Assembly: GCA_964016885.1 (NCBI GenBank)
Contig: OZ024748.1
Span: 1,736,001 to 1,800,000 of the forward strand
Length of the DNA stretch: 64,000 nt
Reading direction: 5' to 3'
DNA from: Eledone cirrhosa
Taxonomy: Eukaryota
The translations under genes and the position numbers were made by a program. Numbering within the stretch: position 1 is the first letter of the stretch; each line of letters begins with the position of its first letter. The notes beneath the pieces are model-generated. The model was not told the DNA's origin. It did not search any database and saw only the letters and a program-made list of their open reading frames with translations. Positions 24,431 to 36,610 of this stretch are shown piece by piece.

Positions 24431-24887
24431 GGTCATTATTGAAAGTCGATTTTAAGTAGGAGCAATAACATTAAGAAAGACATGAAAGACACCACAACAC
24501 TTTGTTTCAAAAATTTTGAAAGTAGGTTTATAAGTATGAATTTTAATAATATTTTTGTTGTTGTCTCTGTGGCCTAGCGGTAGGTTCTAGGGACGGTGGA
24601 GATCCTGACCTTGGGTTCAATCCTGGTCAAGAGGTACATGTAAACTTTTTCGGTTTTTATTTTACAACCAATAGAAAAAATTGAAAAGGTTTACCAGGAA
24701 CCCTACTCCCAACCAGGATCACCACAGTCTATAATTCCTCCAACTAGGCCACCAAGACAGCTACGATGAAAATTGATAATTGTAAACCTACTTTCAAAAT
24801 CAAAGTTAAAAAGATGTGGTGTCGTTCATGGCTTTCCTAGAGTTATTAGTAATATTTAGGGTCGACTTCTGGTCATTACTGAAAGTC
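24431..24887. mobile_element. Palindromic (foldback) element with tRNA-like boxes in its arms
   Basis: Arms ~24443-24635 and ~24690-24868 align as reverse complements. The left arm has GTGGCCTAGCGG and GGTTCAATCC. Confidence 0.65.
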
Positions 24888-25630
24888 TCTGGATTTCGCA
24901 AGTTACATAATATTTTTTATTGGAGAAGATAAGATATTTCTCCGCAAAAATTTGATTGCACTGTTTTGTTTCCACTTATGTATTTTTCGAAAATGTTATT
25001 TATTCATTATAAAAATTAAATGATAACATTCTATATGTAGGTGGGCCCCCTTCATCTCCTGGCAACCAATATTTTTAGACCCAGCCTGCCACTGTATATA
25101 TATATATATATGTATATATATATAATACAAATGACTCAGTTTATTGCCCTATTAATCATTTGATTAATTCATGCTGTCAGTACATTCTCTGTTAGGCAAA
25201 TTAGGCAACTTAGTTTAGTTCAGTTTGTTATTAAATATTGCTAAGTACTTAGTTTAACTCTAACAATTCTGCCAGTCCATCACTTTCTTTCCTTTCAATA
25301 ATTCAAATAAAAGTGACTGTAGACATATCAAGGCAATGCAAAGCTGGTAATAAGACCATGTCAAGTCATATTCAAAACTGGATATTAAATATTCTAGTAA
25401 TCAATGTTAAATACACATGATGTATTTATGGGGTGCAGCTATATACATGAAGTTGTTTAAAAATAACAGAACAGAATAAAAGAACAACAATTTAAGGCAA
25501 GTTGCCCTCCACCTATAGTTTGGCTTATGTACATGCACACACATATATATTATTATTCTATTACATGTTCCAACCAGCAGGGTGAGTCATAGGTAACCGG
25601 GCAGTCTAACATTTATATTTCAAATGATAG

Positions 25631-25823
25631 GGTGGTGGACTGGCAGTATCGGTAGAGTCAGACGCCATGCTTTGCAGCATAGAGTTACGGCACTTTATGG
25701 TCTGAGTTCAAATCCTACCAAGGTTGATTTTGTCTTTCATCCTTACGGGGGTTGATAAAATAAAGTACTAGTAATGTACTGGGGGTAATTGCTGGCCTTG
25801 TGCCAAAAAGTAGAAACAATTAT
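25631..25823 (+). mobile_element. SINE family A, full length
   Basis: Head TGGCAGTATCGGTAGAG, B box, core and tail. Confidence 0.85.
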
Positions 25824-25892
25824 TTACTAAAATTCTGGTCATACATTAAGAAATTATAAATACATCAAACAAAAGTAATTTAACAAAATATA

Positions 25893-26079
25893 ACTGTTTC
25901 TACTTTAGGCACAAGGCCAGCAATTACCCAGTGCATTACTGGTACTTTATTTTATCGACCCCGTAAGGATGAAAGGCAAAGTCAACCTCGGTGGGTTTTG
26001 AACTCAGATCGTAAAGGGACGTAACTATGCTGGAAAGCATGGTGTCCAACTCTCTACCGATACTGCCAATCCACCGCCC
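25893..26079 (-). mobile_element. SINE family A, full length
   Basis: Reverse-oriented copy ~70 bp from the previous one. Confidence 0.85.
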
Positions 26080-26386
26080 TTTGCCAATCCATATAACCAT
26101 GACTGATCACACACAAATAAGTCAATGTTCAAAAGTTATCTGTGAACCTTGCAATAAAACTGAATTGACTTCTCATTTACTTATGACTCACCTTGTAGTT
26201 TGCATATTTCAAAATCTTAGACGATGCAGGTGAGATATTGTAATGTTAATTTCTTTCTAAAAAAAAATTGCATTAATAATATAATTGAAGCTGTTCCAAC
26301 TGAAAATCAAGGTTGGTTTAGGAAGGTAGTAAAACTGCGTAGTCTCTCCATATTCCTCGTTTAAGCTCAGAGCTATACATACATAC

Positions 26387-26418
<32 letters not shown>

Positions 26419-26749
26419 CTATATATATGTGTGTGTGTGTGTGTTTGTGTAAGGAATAGCTTTTCTTTCAAACATGTTATATTGAAAACAAAATTCTGCT
26501 CTACTTTAATCATTTGTATTAAGGATTTTGTTTTGGGTTTGGTTTCTATGGCTGGATGCCCTTCCAACATTAAAATAATGTTTTTCTTCTCTAAGAATTT
26601 ACTTGAGTTTTAGAGAAGGAAACAGAACTAGTCTTGTCAGAGTCATTAATTGAATATGAACATATACCTACATTATATATTGAGTACTTTGTCTCCAATT
26701 GTGGTTCTATTATCTGGGGACATTAACAATTGTATGCTAATATACACAT

Positions 26750-26781
<32 letters not shown>

Positions 26782-27634
26782 CATCATCATCATTTTACGT
26801 CCGGTTTTCCCTGCTTGCAAGGGTGGGACGGGTCCTATTCAGCACAGCATCTCTCCACTTGTCACAGTCCTTTGTCATCTCATACACAAACAGTGGAAGC
26901 TAATTGTATGGTGAACACTTAAAGACAAAGCATTTTTGATAATATATTTCTGTTATATTCATCAGGGCATTTGTAGAAGTGAAGTGAAGTGAAGTGAAAT
27001 AGCAACAGAGACCTCGGGTGACCTTAGTTCCCACACTGCTGATTTCCTTTATAAAATTGGAAAGACAGTAGCCTGCCTGAGGAAGGAGCTGTGTGAGGTG
27101 GGGTGGCTGTTGCAGCGGATGTTGCTGGCCAATTCCCACAATACCGTTGTCATTTTTTCTACAGGGTGAAGGTGAAATACTGCCCAGACTGGGTGTAGAA
27201 TCTGTGCACCCCCACTGCTCTCTTAATTAAAAAAAATCTTTTTCTCATTTTCCTTTTTTTTTTTGTTTCCTTATTGCCCTATATATTGCTAAATAAATCC
27301 AGTTTTTTTTTTATTCCAAGCCGGAATTGAAACCAGATGGCAGAATCAGTAGAGCACCGACATTTTGATGACGCTATGAGTTCAAATCCCGCCGAGGTTA
27401 ACTTTATTTGTCATTCCCCAGCCTCAATAACAGGGATCGATAAAATTGACTATGCGACTATACTCCCCCCCCCCCCCCCAGAAGTCGCCAAGGTTTGCTG
27501 TTGGTGTGGGTGTAGAAAAGGGGTTCTTCAGAACATTCTGGAATTCTGGATGGGGACATATTTTATACCTTGTTTTTCTTTGAATATAAATTCTATTTTC
27601 TAAAGCTGAGGATGCGCTTTTGAAAAATAGAGAG

Positions 27635-27685
27635 AAGAGGCAGCGTCATCTAGTGTTCCCCTCCCCCAATCATGGCGACATGCTT
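27635..27685. promoter_or_regulatory. Possible regulatory cluster (CTCF-like, CCAAT, YY1-like)
   Basis: AGCGTCATCTAGTGT followed by CCAATCATGGCG at the start of a CpG-retaining domain. Motif match only. Confidence 0.25.
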
Positions 27686-28555
27686 GCCTGAAATTTGTGG
27701 CCTTGTGCCTATGTGAGAAACTATTCAAGAAAGAGTAATAGGGATGTGTTGTTACCGCAGTGGTGTAGTTAGAGTTTACGCCGATCGTGGCGGCACTTCA
27801 GTGTTCCGGTCATCACCATAGCGAAAAACTGCTGAAAGACTTAAACAAAAAGTACCGCCTGAGGCAGAACCTCAAATCACCCTCTAACTTCGCTATTACT
27901 ATACTGTCTTTTCCTTATGCATGTATTTATCTAGCAATACATTGTCCAATGTGTGTGTGTGTTTGTTAAATATGTTAGAGCGTGATTTGAGGGTCATTTT
28001 GCTGTTATTTCTAGCAGGTCTAACAAACACGCAGACAGAGGCTCCTTCGCTGGCTGCCTAGTGTTAAGATGTGTATGTGTGTTGATGGTAGCGAAGATAA
28101 GCGATTTAACAGTTCATGTCAATCAGTAGTGAACGAAGTAAATAAAACAGATGGAAGAAAAAGATAAAACAAACATATAATAGAAAGAAAAGAAGTGCTC
28201 CAAGTTGGTCTGAGGCTACTAAACGAGGCAGTAGTGGTGTAAAATACCACTGCATACGAGGAAGATTCACTGACCGAACACGAAATATTTGCCAAGAATA
28301 AGCAACCCACCCACGTGTGGAGTTTCGTTCAACAAAAATAAATAAACCGATCTCAAGTCAGGATCTCTTCTATGCTTAAATTTCGCCGCCTGAAAAAACA
28401 AAAACAAAAACAAAAATAAAACATGTATGTATGTATGTATGTATGTATGTATGTATGTATGTATGTATGTATGTATGTATGTATGGATGGATGTATCTAT
28501 GTATGTATGGATGGATGTATGTATGTATGTATGTATGGATGTATGTATGTATGTA

Positions 28556-29166
28556 TGTCAGGTCACCAGTTGGTGCTACTGGTAACATGTATCCCAGTAC
28601 AACCTGTCTCATGGTCGGGTCGATGGCGACTAAACTGGCAACCCTACCAAGGTTTCTTGGTGAGGAGGGTGACTTTGGACATCCTGCAGGACTAAAAACA
28701 AAACCTGTCAAAGGGCAAAGGAGCTCTTAAGAGTCAATGGCCATCCAAAATCACCGGGAGAGATGACCCCTTAGCCTTTGTCAAGGCAGAATCCTAGGAG
28801 AAGGAAAACTCTGATATAACACCTGCAACCCTGATGGTATCCAATGATGTTGACTTGTTCTTCTTTTTGGTAAATATCATCTTGGTTAAGAGAGTGGGAC
28901 TGGCTTTGTGCAGTGCCTTTGTTCACTATAAAAGCTTCACGGCACAGGCATTGCTTTATATCTGGAGATCTCTCTGCACTTGTCGTCACAGGGTACAATG
29001 GGCCCAGTACTATGTGTCAATAATTGTCACAAGTGTAGTGTTTGTACCAGAGTTTTCAAGTCGCTGGCTGGACTAAAAAGTCACACTCGTTCAACGCATC
29101 GGTAAGGGTTCTCCTACATGGATATAAAGTAGTGGCCGTACTCGAAAACGAGTTGGCAGCCACCAT
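28556..29166 (+). mobile_element. ~610-bp bipartite RTE-derived non-autonomous retroelement
   Basis: RTE-like 5' UTR motif GAAGGAAAACTCTG. The 3' end encodes a terminal C2H2 finger CSVCTRVFKSLAGLKSHTRSTHR*. Flanked by (TATG)n. Confidence 0.85.
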
Positions 29167-29300
29167 GTATGTATGTATGTATGTATGTATGTATGTATGT
29201 ATGTATGTATGTATGTATGTATATGTATGTATGTGTGTATGTACGTATGTGTGTATGTACGTATGTGTGTATGTATGTATGTGTGTATGTACGTATGTTA

Positions 29301-29913
29301 TGTCAGGTCACCAGTTGGTGCTACTGGTAACATGTATCCCAGTACAACCTGTCTCATGGTCGGGTCGTTGGCGACTAAACTGGCAACCCCACCAAGGTTT
29401 CTTGGTGAGGAGGGTGACTTTGGACATCCTGCAGGACTAAAAACAAAACTTGTCAAAGGGCAAAGGAGCTCTTAGGAGTCAATGGCCATCCAAAATCACC
29501 GGGAGAGATGACCCCTTAGCCTTTGTCAAGGCAGAATTCTAGGAGAAGGAAAACTCTGATATAACACCTGCAACTCTGATGGTATCCAATGATGTTGACT
29601 TGTTCTTCTTTTTGGTAAATATCATCTTGGTTAAGAGAGTGGGACTGGCTTTGTGCAGTGCCTTTGCTCACTATAAAAGCTTCACGGCACAGGCATTTTT
29701 TTTTATATCTGGAGATCTCTCTGCACTTGTCGTCACATGGTACCATGGGCCCAGCACTATGTGTCAATATTTGTCACAAGTGTAGTGTTTGTACCAGAGT
29801 TTTCAAGTCGCTGCCTGGACTAAAAAGTCACACTCGTTCAGCGCATCGGTAGGAGTTCTCCTACATGGATATAAGGTAGTGGCCGTACTCGAAAACGAGG
29901 TGGCAGCCACCAT
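29301..29913 (+). mobile_element. Second head-to-tail copy of the ~610-bp element
   Basis: Near-identical to 28556-29166. ORF 29658-29852 ends CHKCSVCTRVFKSLPGLKSHTRSAHR. Confidence 0.85.
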
Positions 29914-30293
29914 GTGTATGTGTGTATGTATGTGTACGTATGTATGTATATATGTATGTATGTATGTGTATATATGTATGTATGTATGTGTGTATGTATG
30001 TGTATGTATGTACGTTTGTAGATAGATAGATAAACAAGCTATAGAGAAGAAATAATTAAGGTATATAGTGGGGGATGATAATACAATGTTTGCCACAAGC
30101 AGTTAGGATGTCTGCTATATAGTTCTATGTCATTTATTCTATGGAAACTTGTCTGATATCTTCTATACTCATTCCCCCCCCCCCCCCCCAAATTACTCAC
30201 CCCCTCACTCTTCTTATCTTTCTCCCCCCCCTCTCTCTCACTCTTCTTCTCCCCCCCCTCACTCTTCGACCGCAGCAGCTGATTTGGCTGAAA

Positions 30294-30416
30294 ATGCAAC
30301 TAGCCACTCTGCTAGCCATAAGTTCGACAGTCTATTACACAGGCTTATGTTATTCAACAAAAACTCTACAGAAATGTGATGGCGGCACCTGCTGGATTCG
30401 AACAATGATCGCCCTG
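30294..30416 (+). CDS. Candidate first coding exon with signal-peptide-like N-terminus (unidentified)
   Basis: AAAATG start, [41 protein letters not shown], and a strong donor CTG|GTAAGC in phase 0. No downstream exon identified. Confidence 0.3.
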
Positions 30417-30524
30417 GTAAGCAGTTGGAAACACTTCCTATAATATATATATTTGTTTTCTTGATATCTCAACACTTCCTCCGACTTTGTGTATATATAT
30501 ATGTGTGTGTATTTATATATACAT

Positions 30525-30577
<53 letters not shown>

Positions 30578-30724
30578 AAAAAGTATGACCCCCGACGGCA
30601 GAGCTCAAGCCGTTTAGACAGCTATTTCTGGACTATTTTTTTTCCTATTTCCCACTCTACTACCCTAAGTATTGAGTACTCTGGTGCGTTATGGTCCATC
30701 TGGTTCCTTACCACAATGCCTTTG

Positions 30725-30758
<34 letters not shown>

Positions 30759-30852
30759 TTGCATATGTATGTATATATGTGTATATACATACGTATATAT
30801 ATATATATATATATACACACAGACACTCACACATGTATATGTATATATATAT

Positions 30853-30946
<94 letters not shown>

Positions 30947-30949
30947 ATC

Positions 30950-30985
<36 letters not shown>

Positions 30986-31274
30986 TATATATATATATCT
31001 TTGGTTGTTGTATTCGTTGTTGGTTTGCTATTTCTTTCTTCCTGGTTAGTGTTACCTTTCTATTAGGTATGTATTGTTTCATACCTCGCTGAGGTCGACT
31101 TTCCCTTTCATCCTTCCAAGGGGTCGATAAAATAAGTACCAGTTGACTACTGGGTCGTTGAAATCAATTGTTCATTCCTTCAGAATGTCTGGCCTTGCGT
31201 CTTTGATACATAGACATTCTTATTCCATCTTCCTCGATTTTTTTTTTCGAATCACTTTAAGATATTTCGGCACA

Positions 31275-31390
31275 ATAGTGGACCATCTCCCGTCATGTAT
31301 ATATAGTGGACCATCTCCCGTCGTGTATATATAGTGGACCATCTCCCGTCGTGTATATATAGTGGACCATCTCCCGTCGTGTATATATAG
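31275..31390. repeat. 28-bp minisatellite, 4 copies
   Basis: AGTGGACCATCTCCCGTCGTGTATATAT. Confidence 0.95.
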
Positions 31391-31539
31391 CATCATTTTT
31401 AGGATTATCACAACAAAAAAGCAACAACAACAACAACAAAAAACACCATGAGAAAAGAGAGAAAAATAATATAAAAATATTATCACTGTAACCCTCGAAA
31501 TACTTTGAGGGTCTTGATTTAGGAGACAACATACACACA

Positions 31540-31647
31540 CATGTATGTATGTATGTATGTATGTATGTATGTATGTACGTATGTGTGTGTGTATATATGT
31601 ACGTATGTATGTGTGTATGTATGTGTGTATGTATGCGTATATGTATG

Positions 31648-31683
<36 letters not shown>

Positions 31684-32019
31684 TGTATGTATGTATATAT
31701 GTATGTATGTATACGCATACATACATACACATACATGTATGTATGCGTATATGTATGTATGTGTGTATGTACGTATGTATGTATGTATGCGTACATGTAT
31801 GTATGTGTGTATGTATGTATGTATGCGTATATGCATGTATGTATGTATGCGTATATGTATGTATGTATGTGTGTATGTATGTATGCGTATATGTGTGTAT
31901 GTACGTATGTATGTATGTATGTATGTGTGTATGTATGTATGTATGCGTATATGCATGTATATATGTATGTATGTATGTATGCGTATATGTATGTATGTAT
32001 GTGTGTATGTATGTATGCG

Positions 32020-32051
<32 letters not shown>

Positions 32052-32065
32052 TGTATGTATGTATC
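31540..32065. repeat. Long compound (TATG)n microsatellite
   Basis: Read directly. It is the source of the 170-322 aa low-complexity ORFs. Confidence 0.97.
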
Positions 32066-32495
32066 TGTAGCGGATAGAGAAAACTGGGCTTGACACCCAA
32101 ATGGTTTTATAGGAAGCTGTTCTTTGAGCTTTGACAACGAAAGCCCCGAATATAAACAATTATTTTCCCTTGTAGTAACTGTCGCCACTTTTCCTATTAC
32201 TTGTTATTTCCATTTTCTTCACATTTCTTCTGAAATTATCTTGTGATATCAATATTTCTCTGACTTGACTGAAAACTTAGTTTTCTATACTTTTAGTTAT
32301 GTTTAAAAACAACAACACTGTAGATACTTATGTTATACGTTGGCGCGCACATACAAATAGACGCAATTAACACAAATATAGATGCTAAAAATAACACACG
32401 TGTGATTGTGAGTGTGTGTGTATATATATGTCTGTGTATACATATGTATGCACACACACATATATATAGATATGTACATGCATATGTATACACAG

Positions 32496-32624
<129 letters not shown>

Positions 32625-33602
32625 TAAATATATGTCTGTGTATACATATGTATATACATATTCATATATATATGTGTATGTGTATGTGTGTGTGTGACCC
32701 AAACACACGTTACTTTACTCTGACACTGACAACCACTCACACACGTATACCATTTCAATATCAGTGATACCAAAACATACCGTATGTAGATTTCAGATCG
32801 CACACATGTATTCTTTCACACACACAATCATTATACTGTGTCCACACACTTCTAAATGTTCATTCATCTACATGTATGTACATTTCAGGAAGCGTACATA
32901 TACACACATAGTCACACACACAAGTATATATAGATGCATACACACATCAATATGTAGTTTCGCTAATAAACACATGCCTCACACGCACACATTCTCTCAC
33001 TCACACTCTCCCTTAATATATATCTATCTATCTCTATATATATATAATATATACAATCACACTACACATGCTTATATGTGTAAACATATACCGTGTAAAC
33101 ATATACCAGCACGCACATCTGAGTATTTAGTTTTACCCAAATCGTCAAAATATTTATTAATTATAATTTCTTAACAACACCACAGTCCGTTGAAGATTTC
33201 TTGAGGATATATGATATATAATTTTGTGAATTCAATTTAATATACCCGTCTACTACTCGCTAGTGAGAAGCAAATGATACATACACACACACATACATAT
33301 ATATACATAGATATATGTTTCCCTCCCTATATATAAATATATATACAATGAGGGAAAACACTGCTGCTAACCGAGAAGTAGCGATTCTCTATCAGTCATC
33401 TACAGTATATTAGAAAGTGGCGAAACTCATAGAACTACCCTGCTACACTTCTATATCTGCATCTGCACTAAATGCTACTACTGTTATATTTAAATAAAGT
33501 CTCTTGTTCTCTTAGTGCTATGGAGTGTTTACAAGTAGAACAGAGAATACATAGATATTTGTCGAAACTATAGCTGTATGTCAGAGTCATTATATACATA
33601 CA

Positions 33603-33672
<70 letters not shown>

Positions 33673-33716
33673 CATACACACAGACGTACACAGAAACACG
33701 ATTAAGTATAGACACA

Positions 33717-33753
<37 letters not shown>

Positions 33754-34329
33754 CGCCAAGACGCACGCATATACAGATATTTACAGACATACAATCACAT
33801 AATGTATTTGTGTGGGTGTCTTAATCTATGATGTGCTTAGATCTGTTATGTGAATATCTGTATATCTATGCTATTGATTCCAGAGTGTATTTATATGAAG
33901 GCGCGCGTATGTGTGTGTGTGTGTGTTGATTTATGCAACATGTGTATGTATGTGACCGGGTGTAGGTGTGGATGTCTGGTGAGTTTTTCAGATGTCGTTT
34001 GTATATGTAGATTTGTGCTTTTTAGGTATTTGCATGGTGTGTGATTGATAGCTTTGTATAAAGTGGAGAAGTGAAACTGTGTGTGGGAGAGAGAGGGGGG
34101 GGGGAGTGAGTGAGAGAGACAGAGAGAGAGATGTGCTTAAACGTCTCTAAAGAATTCGTTTTGGAGACAAATTAGGGGTTGTAATCGTAGGAGGGATACA
34201 GGCGTTTATAGAGACATATATATGGAGAGGGGGAAGGGAAGAGAATGAGAGATATTGAAAGAAAAAGACAATAAGCAATTGCATAAGACTAAAAAGGTCT
34301 TGCCATCTACCTCCCCCTCTCTCTCAATA

Positions 34330-34381
<52 letters not shown>

Positions 34382-34526
34382 TATTGGCAACATGACCCTC
34401 CCAAAGTATAACAATATATATATATATATATATATAATAGTAAGTAAGGAAAAACAATAGAAAATGCTAATGGGATTTTCTCATAGAATAAGAGAAAAAC
34501 ATTTATTTACAAAAAATGAATTTATC

Positions 34527-34565
<39 letters not shown>

Positions 34566-34574
34566 GTGTGTATG

Positions 34575-34608
<34 letters not shown>

Positions 34609-34650
34609 TATAATATGTGTGTATGTATATATATATGTATATATATATAT

Positions 34651-34841
34651 ACCTGTCAAAGGGCAAAGGAGCTCTTAAGAGTCAATGGCCATCCAAAATC
34701 ACCGGGAGAGATGACCCCTTAGCCTTTGTCAAGGCAGAATTCTAGAAGGAAAACTCTGATATAACTCCTGCAACTCTGATGGTATCCAATGATGTTGACT
34801 TGTTCTTCTTTTTGGTAAATATTATCTTGGTTAAGAGAGTG
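34651..34841 (+). mobile_element. Internal fragment of the ~610-bp RTE-derived element
   Basis: Matches 28703-28895. Confidence 0.85.
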
Positions 34842-35321
34842 ATGTTTGCTCTAATCTGATTAGAGCAAACATCACGGGCGCTCTATCTCAAAATTATTTT
34901 TGAAAAGCATTAGAAATGCGCAACCGGTAAAACTTAAAACCAAAACTGAATATTACTAATTTTCACTTATTCCTAATTAAACTATTTTTCACTGTGAACA
35001 ATTTGTCAGCATTTTCTTTTCCGTTTACCAATATATATATATATATATATATATAATATGTGTGTTTGTATGTGTGTATATATATATATATCTAATATGT
35101 GTGTATGTATATGTATGTGTATATATTGGGAGTTATCAGTTTAGCACAGTAAGATGATTGTTCAGCTTAGTACTCAATACTTAAGCAAGTAGGGTATAGG
35201 AATAATGAGTTACTGCCCAATGGCTGAGCTCTTACCGTTTTCATACCAAGTGGATTACATCCATTTGACGTGTATATGAATATATGCATACACACACACA
35301 CATATACATACATATATACAT

Positions 35322-35352
<31 letters not shown>

Positions 35353-35398
35353 GAAATGACAGGAGGCTGGACTGGTGTAAATCCTCGAAAGTTTTATT

Positions 35399-35456
35399 AT
35401 ACTATGATCATTTCAATGACCGGGTTCTGTATGAATCCGGTGACATCATCAGGTAT
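35399..35456 (-). ncRNA. Type I hammerhead ribozyme with long stem II
   Basis: AUAC-CUGAUGA-UGUCACCGG...CCGGUCAUU-GAAA-UGAUCA-UA-GUAU. Stem I AUAC/GUAU, palindromic stem III, imperfect base of stem II. Confidence 0.7.
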
Positions 35457-36384
35457 TCAAAATATAATAAGTAATGGATAAAATCCATGGGGCTGAAAAT
35501 CAAAGACCCGAGGACGACCACCATCCAGCATCTTCCACCTATATATATATATACATTTATATATATATGATTTACATGTCATGACCATTTGATGAGTTTC
35601 ACTTTCCATGTCTGAGGGTGACTACAAATCACTCTTCTCACCAAGATGGCTTGGTGAGGTTATTGGTTTAATCACTGACAAGCTGATCATACTACAGGTT
35701 TTACTTGGTGATCAAGACTCACCTGCTGTTTGAAGGAAATTTAGTTGACAGAAATTGCATAGAAGCCTTGAAGGATCTGTGGAATAAGTAGTGTACTTAA
35801 AACTACATTAGGGATAGGAAGGGCATCCAGCCATAGAGCCCTGCCTCATGAAAGATACAGGCCAACAGAGGCATGTAAGCATACATATAACTAGCTGTTA
35901 AATCGACAAGAGCTCAGCTGTCGGGGTCCCGACTCTTTATAATATAACCATACTCTACTACTGCAAGTATTGAGTACTGTGTTGAACAATAGTCTAACCA
36001 GTTTCAAACTGAATCCATATATATATATTTATTAAAATAACAGATTAAAGTTTAAGCAAAGAATCGCTGCTTTCACCCTTAACGGGATCTTCTGAAACTA
36101 AAAAAAAATCAATCTGTGAACGCAGAAGTAAATATTTCGATATGTATATATATATACACACACAGACACATTCATACACATAACTCTTGCCAGCAGGGCT
36201 AATGCATGTTAAATGATGATAATAATGATATGTGTGTGTATATATATATATATATATACACATGTATATATATATACATATGATCTTTATATTTTCAAGC
36301 ATTAATCCTTAGTTCAGTTTCCATTGCTTTCTCAGTTATTCTGTTTATCTTGAATATATTCTAGGGCATTATTTGTTCATCCTA

Positions 36385-36610
36385 AACCTTCTAGACATTA
36401 GATATTCAGAAATCGTGAGTAACAAAGACCTCTAGGCTGAAGCAGAGCAGGAAGCCATTGTCAAACAAATAGTGGAAATAGGTAGTTCACACATTAAAAA
36501 GACCAGAGGGATATTTGCCAAGGCAATCCATGGATTGGAAACCTGAAGGGTAAAAAAAGCAGACCACCCTAGGATCACCTAGCAGATATTGGTAAATAAG
36601 GAAATTGTTA
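36385..36610 (+). mobile_element. Old RTE LINE C-terminal fragment
   Basis: IRYSEIVSNKDL*AEAEQE...HTLKRPEGYLPRQSMDWKPEG. Confidence 0.65.

Larger units (their letters stand above)
23129..25094. mobile_element. Non-autonomous hAT-like DNA transposon with nested insertions
   Basis: TIRs CAGTGGCGGACTGG / CCAGCCTGCCACTG (2 mismatches), both flanked by (TA)n. Confidence 0.7.

Noticed and set aside
28556-28680. Canonical twister or HDV ribozyme call
   Set aside because: No UAA after the putative twister P1, and the HDV L3/P1 geometry does not fit. Kept only as a candidate finding.
29770-29852. Host C2H2 zinc-finger gene
   Set aside because: A single finger inside a multi-copy repeat, matching the terminal finger of RTE-type ORFs.
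30425-31092. 213-aa ORF and other YIYI/VCVC ORFs across the window
   Set aside because: Translated (TA)n and (CA)n microsatellites.
31220-32188. 322-aa ORF and overlapping long ORFs
   Set aside because: Stop-free translation of (TATG)n; low complexity in all frames.
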